DNA of 64,000 bases from assembly GCA_037447605.1 (NCBI GenBank), contig CM074815.1:1488001-1552000 (forward strand). Direction: 5' to 3'. Made by a program: the position numbers and the translations under genes. The notes below the pieces were generated by a model that did no database searches, had not been told where the DNA came from, and saw only the letters and a program-made list of their open reading frames with translations. Positions within the stretch are counted from its first letter, which is position 1. The number at the start of each line of letters is the position of its first letter. Origin of the DNA: Zygnema circumcarinatum SAG 698-1b. Its lineage: Eukaryota; Plantae; Zygnematophyceae. This document shows positions 57,802 through 64,000 of this stretch, piece by piece.

Positions 57802-59642
57802 TGGCGCCCATCATGTACAGCTTGCTGCTCTTGCTGGCAGCAGCAGGAGCGCAGGTCTCAGCACTTGAATACTTTGATTGCGGTAAGGACCGTGTCCGAT
57901 TGCTGTTTATTCTTGCTTTGTGATTCTTGCTGCAATTTCGTTTAGTGCTTGTTCTGCAACTGTTGGAAGGCTTCTTTAAATTCATTTACATTTCAGGAAA
58001 GTGTTTGGCCCGCAAGTCATGGCTGCTGTCTCATCTTGATTTTTTTATGAAATTCTGGATGGTGGGGCCCTTTTTGGCAGGCTCAATTGACTCGCCGGTG
58101 AAGGTGAAGGGAGTCACCATGCAGCCTGATCCTGCGATCAGTGGGGAAAACATGACCTTTATCATTCCAGCAACAACAAGTGAGTAGTTAACTTTATTTT
58201 AACTTTGCCCTTTTGGGCTACCGTTTTCAAGATATTTGGGGAACTTTTCAGATGTTTGGCCCGTCCTTTTGGACCCTTGTTTTCACCTGTCCTCATCAAT
58301 TTCTTGCGTTTCTGGTGGCGTGTCTGTCTGACTCTTGTCTCCTCCAAGCACCCAGCTTACCATTTTTTGTTGCTTTAGTTTCACACGCAAGCTCTTCAGG
58401 CTTGCCAGGCAACATCAGTTTTGACTCAAAATAATCCTAATTGGGAATGAACGATGTTTCGAAGCTCTGCAAGGGTAGAAATTAAGTTTCATCCGTGTAC
58501 AATTGTTGTTGCTTCTTGTTGGAGAAGTCCAATGATTTGAAACGTCAGAGATATCACATGCTCCTATGCATGTTCTATTTGCTTGTGTATGACCGGATGG
58601 TTAGCGCGGTCCTTTATAGCCGAATGCAACTGCAGGTTGAAGTGATTTGCAGGTCCGGAACCTGCTGAGTTACTTGGATTGGTAGTAGTTTTATTGTGTG
58701 CTTCTCCGTGAGTATGGGTGAAGGAAGTGTGTTAATGCTTTGAAGAACACGCTTGGACCTCTCATACTAAGATTGCGGCCTCGGCCGCTCATGGAAGCGC
58801 CTGGTGAGAAATTGTTTCCATGCTTTCTGACCTCCTTTTGACATGGCTAGTAGGACTAATTTCCTGTGTTGAGTATTTCGGCAGGTAGGGAGATAACTGG
58901 AGGGACCGTCATTGTCATTGTCCTCTTTCGAGGAGTTCCTGTGCATATTGAAAGGGACCCTCTCTGTGGGAAAACAAGCAAGTGTCCAATTCCTGCAGGC
59001 GACGACTTTGTGTTTACAAATTCTCAACCCCTTCCTTCAGTTACCCCAGCTGTGAGTTGGCATACCCTGATACCGAGTGTGTGAGAGATCAAACTATGTG
59101 AGTACGTACAGAAATGTTCGAGCCTTGTGTTAAACGCTCTCATAAGTCAGTTTGTGCCTGGAAAACCATTTGTGTAAATAAGGTTCTGTTGAAGAGTACT
59201 TGCAGCGAAGCAAATCATCCTAAAACCAACCCTCCCAACTTAAAAAAACTATCCGGATTGTTGATCATATGCAGTGGACAGTGATGAGTTTCACATGCTT
59301 CAGCTTTGAGCACTTTGGGACTGACCTCCATGTCCCCTTTGGACCCCCTTGCAGGGCCCCTACACTGTGCGGCTGAGCGTGCTGGACCAGAACAACAAGC
59401 CCCTGTTCTGTGAGCGCATGCAGTTTCAGATTGTGAAACCCGAGGCACCCTTCTCTATCCTGGGACGGATCAGCACTGCTGTCAAGGCTCTGTTTGGAGG
59501 GCAGAGGGAGACCATCGACTCCGCGATGAAGAATGCTGAGAAAGCATGGAACATGCCTGCCAATGCCAAGGCTGCTGTGGAAAATCCAGTCAGAGCTGCT
59601 TTTCAAAGCTGGAGGTCAAACACTCAGTTGGGCGTGGAGTAG
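57802..59642 (+). CDS. ML (MD-2-related lipid recognition / NPC2-like) secreted protein, 4 exons
   Basis: Signal peptide MAPIMYSLLLLLAAAGAQVSA, then FDCGS; VKGVTMQPDPAISG; PVHIERDPLCGKTSKCPIPAG; PLPSVTPAGPYTVRL...LFC. Confidence 0.9.
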
Positions 59643-60156
59643 AATGAGACTTGAGATGGCAGGGGCTCCTGGTTTCTCGGCTGCTACTGGCTCCTAGTTT
59701 TTTGTTGTACTACGATGGAACCACCCACCTCGTTAACCTGCGTGTACAGTTGAATCTACCAAAGGACAGCTGGTCTAATGTACAAAAACCATTCAAGGCA
59801 AGCCAGTGTCAAGATTTGTTTACATTGTTGTCAGCTTGTCTTATGAGCACAATGCTTTGGATATATGCTGCAGCGGACATGGCTCCAAGGTCCCACATGT
59901 CAAATCATTAAGGTAAAATTTTACTGTCCAATGTAAATGGCATTCAGTTACAATAGAAGCAGTTCCAGTACAAAGCAACTCAATTTGTAGCTTCGTTGTA
60001 TGACAATTTCCGTGATTCACTACAACTAACACCCCTTTCTCCGGGGCAATTCCTCCATCGACCTCCTATATACAAAGACCTACCTGTAAGATAAGCCAAA
60101 CCCTACCACTACCATTTGAGTATCCCAAATCTTCCTGCTCCCACCCTACCCCTCAC

Positions 60157-63100
60157 TCACTTCCTCATCCCCCCCCCTTCCCCTCCCCCTCTCCCACCAT
60201 TCTCCTCTTCCACCTCCTCAATGTGGGCATGGCGCTCGGCCCGGCGCTGCGCCGCCATTTTGCGGATGAAGATGCACCATCGGAAGGCGGCCTTCACCTT
60301 GAGCCAACCGGCGCTGGCCCGCCCCTGCGGAGTGCTCATGTGGTGGGTGACAGGGTCCGCCCCGCGGGGGAGGAAGGACAGCATCACATCGTCTTCCGGC
60401 AGAGAGAGGCTCTGGGAGTATTGGCTCCAGTCCCCTCCCAGGAGGCCCAGCAGCTGCTGCATCTGCAGGCCCTCCCATAGCAGCAGTCAGCGCGTTTTGT
60501 ATAGGTTGGGATCACAGCAGATAGCTACACCCAGCATTTAAATCACACAGGCAAAGACACAGGTGTAGGTTCATCACATTAGCCGAGAAACAAGACGTGT
60601 CATACAGGACCAAAGGTATGAATTACCGATCACAGTACAAAAAAGGGAGTACATTGAAATTCGCAGTTTTCAAACGCGTTAGGACTTACAATCCGAGTTA
60701 CCTATACTGACTATGAAACTGATGTGTGGTTCATCTGGAGGTTCAGAGTCCACTGCTCTAAATGATGGGTTTCAAAGGGTATGATTATCTCCCGAAAAGT
60801 ATACAGGACTAATTCAGCCTCATCGGAAACAGACTCAATAGGTTAACCAACCAGTATCCAATGGGATCAGACATTTACAGGAAATTAAACTAGTGATCCT
60901 GTGGTTCCTGACTAAAGGAGTCATTCTGGGACGAACACGTTAGCGTCCCTCACCTTACCAAGTATTGAGCAAAATCACAGACAACTTATGAACTGTACAT
61001 CTGTACATATTGATTCCTCTCACGAACATGGGACCTTTGCAATGACCAACTAAGGCGGAAATGCAGTGCTGCAAATCAGTAAAATGCATCCATCAGGCAT
61101 TCTACAGTGCACATGGACTATTGCAGCCGTTCCTTGCTTGTGCAAGAGTATCCACGATTATGCTGTCCCACACTCTCCCTCTTTCTCTTCCTCTCTGGAC
61201 TGATCTCCTTCTACCCATTTGACAGTGGCATATAGACACCCCTCTCTAAAAACACAGGATATCACACATACGGACCTGGTATTGCATGTCTTCACTTTCA
61301 GCCAGAAGCTCCATACTCTCCTTCCGAATCTCATCCTCTGAAAGTTGCAGCGATTCACCCCCCAGTCCCCCTGTCCCTGTCCTCACATTTGGTGGTGCCA
61401 ATCCAAGGGAGGCATCGGAACTCCCAAAGGACCCTGACCCCAAAGGTCGAGACGAAGGAATTATGCTCTTGTAATTTCCCGACCCCGCCTCTGCCAGGCT
61501 GAGTCCGAGCTCAGTGGGCGGCCCACCCCCCATAGAAGCAGGCGGGCCCTGCACAGACCAGCAAGACGCTGCCGTTCCTCAGTCCGCAGCCTGTACAACC
61601 CACCCTTCAACTTGCCAATTACTCATCGATCTGACAATGAATTCATCTCTTACCACTCCAAGAGACAGAATGACTGCTACGTATCTGTCTGTCTGATACA
61701 AATCACAAACTGCAAACGCACGCTTATGTACATGATGATGTCCACAGGAAAACAGTTGACAAGTAGAAAAATATCTCACCTGCAGGGCGCCGATCGATCC
61801 AAACCCACTAGCTCCCGCTTGCATTTGATTCGCCTGCATTGAGGCACTCAGGGGAATTCCGTTAGGACTCTGGTCCATAAAGGACTGCGAACTCGCGAAG
61901 AAATCCCTTGACACCATTTGCTGTTTCCCTTGATCTGACGACGGCCCACCTCCTGAAATCACCCGCCAACGCCATGCAACGACAGTTGCCCCTCAGAGCT
62001 TCTACACAGCCTAGTCTTCCCCCTGCACACTCTATGCTTCTGGAGATGAGTAGCCAAAGACTGCCGCTACACTAAGACACCTGTCCATCGGCCGGTTGTT
62101 AACAAGTCAACAGATTTGAGTCGCGTGCAGGTATCGTTAGAAACTCAACATCTCCCCAGTAGACCTGCAAAAGTAGCATGAATGAAAAAAGCCAAGCATC
62201 TCACCTCCATTGTCAGGTCTACTCGCCCTGCTCTGAGAAGCGATGCCCACAGACACCCCAGGTTCTTCCGTTGCAGTGTTTATGCCTCGCAAATTATAAG
62301 GCTTTACTCCAATCAATGCTTCACCATCGTACTCTACCACGTTCTCCCAGTTATCATAGGCCACCTTCACAAGCTTGTCCACATAAATCTGATTCATAGC
62401 AATGCCAAGGCAAAATGAAGTCAGGCAACATGCCACTCTTTCTAACTCTGATAATGCTTACGCCATGCTAACACCTGCGAACTTTGATTCCAGTTATTGA
62501 AGCAAGATGACTTCCACTTACCGAGTCCCTCATCCAATAAGAATTTAGAAAAGCTTTTGAAACCTTGTGGCACACATGTTCACTTGCTCGTTTTCGATCT
62601 ATAAATCAGATACACTTCAGTACTCGGAAATAGGACTAACGAAACCAAGACCACTCACTAAGCTAGACAAACAAAGTGGTGGTGTTTAGACCTTTTAACA
62701 CTGCCTCCCGTCCCTTGAACAATTGGGGAGCGGAAAAACGATGAGACACAGAGCATACTCCTCTGCACACGTTTTGAGCCCATTCATGCACAATGAAAAG
62801 TCCTGACCAAAAGCGCCTCGTACCTTTTCGCTTTCTGAAAGAAGGTCCACAGACATGTATTGGCCATCCGCAATAAGGCCCATGAGCTGAAAGATATTGT
62901 TGAAAATCACACCAATGTTTTGCTTGTCATCCGCATAGTACACATGCAGTTTGCCATTCAGCACGCATGTTTTCGCATGTTCCACAGTCCCCTCCCACAT
63001 TTTGTTTGACATCCCAGATCCCAAAACCTGCATCAATCACATGACAATGCCCTTGCCAGTCAAACACACCTTCGCAATGCTTTCACATTTGTGTTTGATC

Positions 63101-63842
63101 CACTACAGCAGACAGAGACATAGAGAAATAAAGTTAACATAGCCTCATCTGATAATAGAAGCACCATTTCACGAAGACACTCATCTGAACCCCTACAATG
63201 ATGGACAGGAAACCGACACAAGCAATTGCAACATGAAATCAGTGATTTTGTCCTCAGCATGAATAATTCGGAACAGTAGAGCCGCCTCGCACTCACATTC
63301 CTCAGTTTTTGTGGATCCATCACCACAAGCCGAAGAAAATCCTCCACCGTGAACATCCCTGCCTGATTCAGACGCTTGTGAAATGCCCCGTCCTTTCCTA
63401 TCCGATCTAATCGCCACACCTCGTCATGCAGCGCAGGTGGGTAGTGCTTTTTATACACTGCATAACCCAAATTTGACACCCAAAGATCAGATACTTGAGC
63501 CTGAAATGTCGACAGAGAACGCATTCCACAAGGTACCCAAGCCTAAAAACAGATTGTTCACAAGAATAACCATTGTTAGGAAGAGAAAAGCTCACATTCT
63601 CCTCGGTGGTCCTTGACAGTGAAGGCCTCAGTCTTCGCTTCCCTAATGCGTTGACCTTCCAATTGCCCGGAAGCAAGCTTCACCCCCAATCTGAATTTCC
63701 GGCTCCGGATCCAACTGGAGTTGTCTGTGAACGTTAACTCCCCCAAAGTGCCCACCCCTTCTTTTAGGGTTACGGACAAATCCCCTGTCAGCAACGGCCT
63801 CTTACCATCCCGTTCTCGCACCACGTTTGTTTCAAACTCATC
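60157..63842 (-). CDS. CBP60: Calmodulin-binding protein 60 (CBP60) transcription factor, 3' part; the 5' end lies beyond the window
   Basis: [16 protein letters not shown]...[16 protein letters not shown]; [11 protein letters not shown]; [29 protein letters not shown]; ILGS-like GMSNKMWE; [12 protein letters not shown]; C-terminal [24 protein letters not shown]. Confidence 0.95.
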
Positions 63843-64000
63843 CTGCGAAAGTGCACATCACACCTTTCAGTTTGGAGAGTGAAATGGTCAAGAAACTTCT
63901 GCCTGTCAAGCGGGCTGAGAGAAAAACACACCGTCAGCTTCAAACGACAAGATGATGCAGACCCCAAATCAAATTGATTTTGGTCATGAGATGCACATTT

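Overview
Eukaryotic, GC-rich, intron-rich nuclear DNA. Gene content and style suggest a streptophyte alga, possibly Zygnematophyceae (inference; no search was run). Six 10-N gaps are present: 13420-13429, 14850-14859, 16919-16928, 18162-18171, 18958-18967 and 20200-20209. I reconstructed spliced genes by hand from GT-AG boundaries: DUF1664 (-), a GH5 exo-beta-glucanase with fascin-like repeats (-), two tandem USP-A genes (-), an NDT-like mitochondrial carrier (-), a 2xLysM + M23 peptidase (+), a CHY/RING E3 ligase (+), an F-box protein (+), a MYND/MSS51-like protein (-), an ML/NPC2 protein (+) and the 3' part of CBP60 (-). A truncated, frameshifted UDP-apiose/xylose synthase fragment is also present. 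About 14.1-27.8 kb is a transposon island. It holds long palindromic foldback elements with 8-bp TSDs (one nested), an internally deleted Ty3/gypsy chromovirus, a 130-bp LTR carrying tRNA-type A/B boxes, an array of GGCC-centred hairpins and a decayed unidentified element. The most interesting items are the intron-containing bacterial-type LysM-M23 peptidoglycan hydrolase with intact Zn ligands, the tRNA-promoter mini-LTR and the foldback family. Most ORF-track entries are microsatellite or antisense artefacts. No prokaryotic operon or CRISPR array was found.
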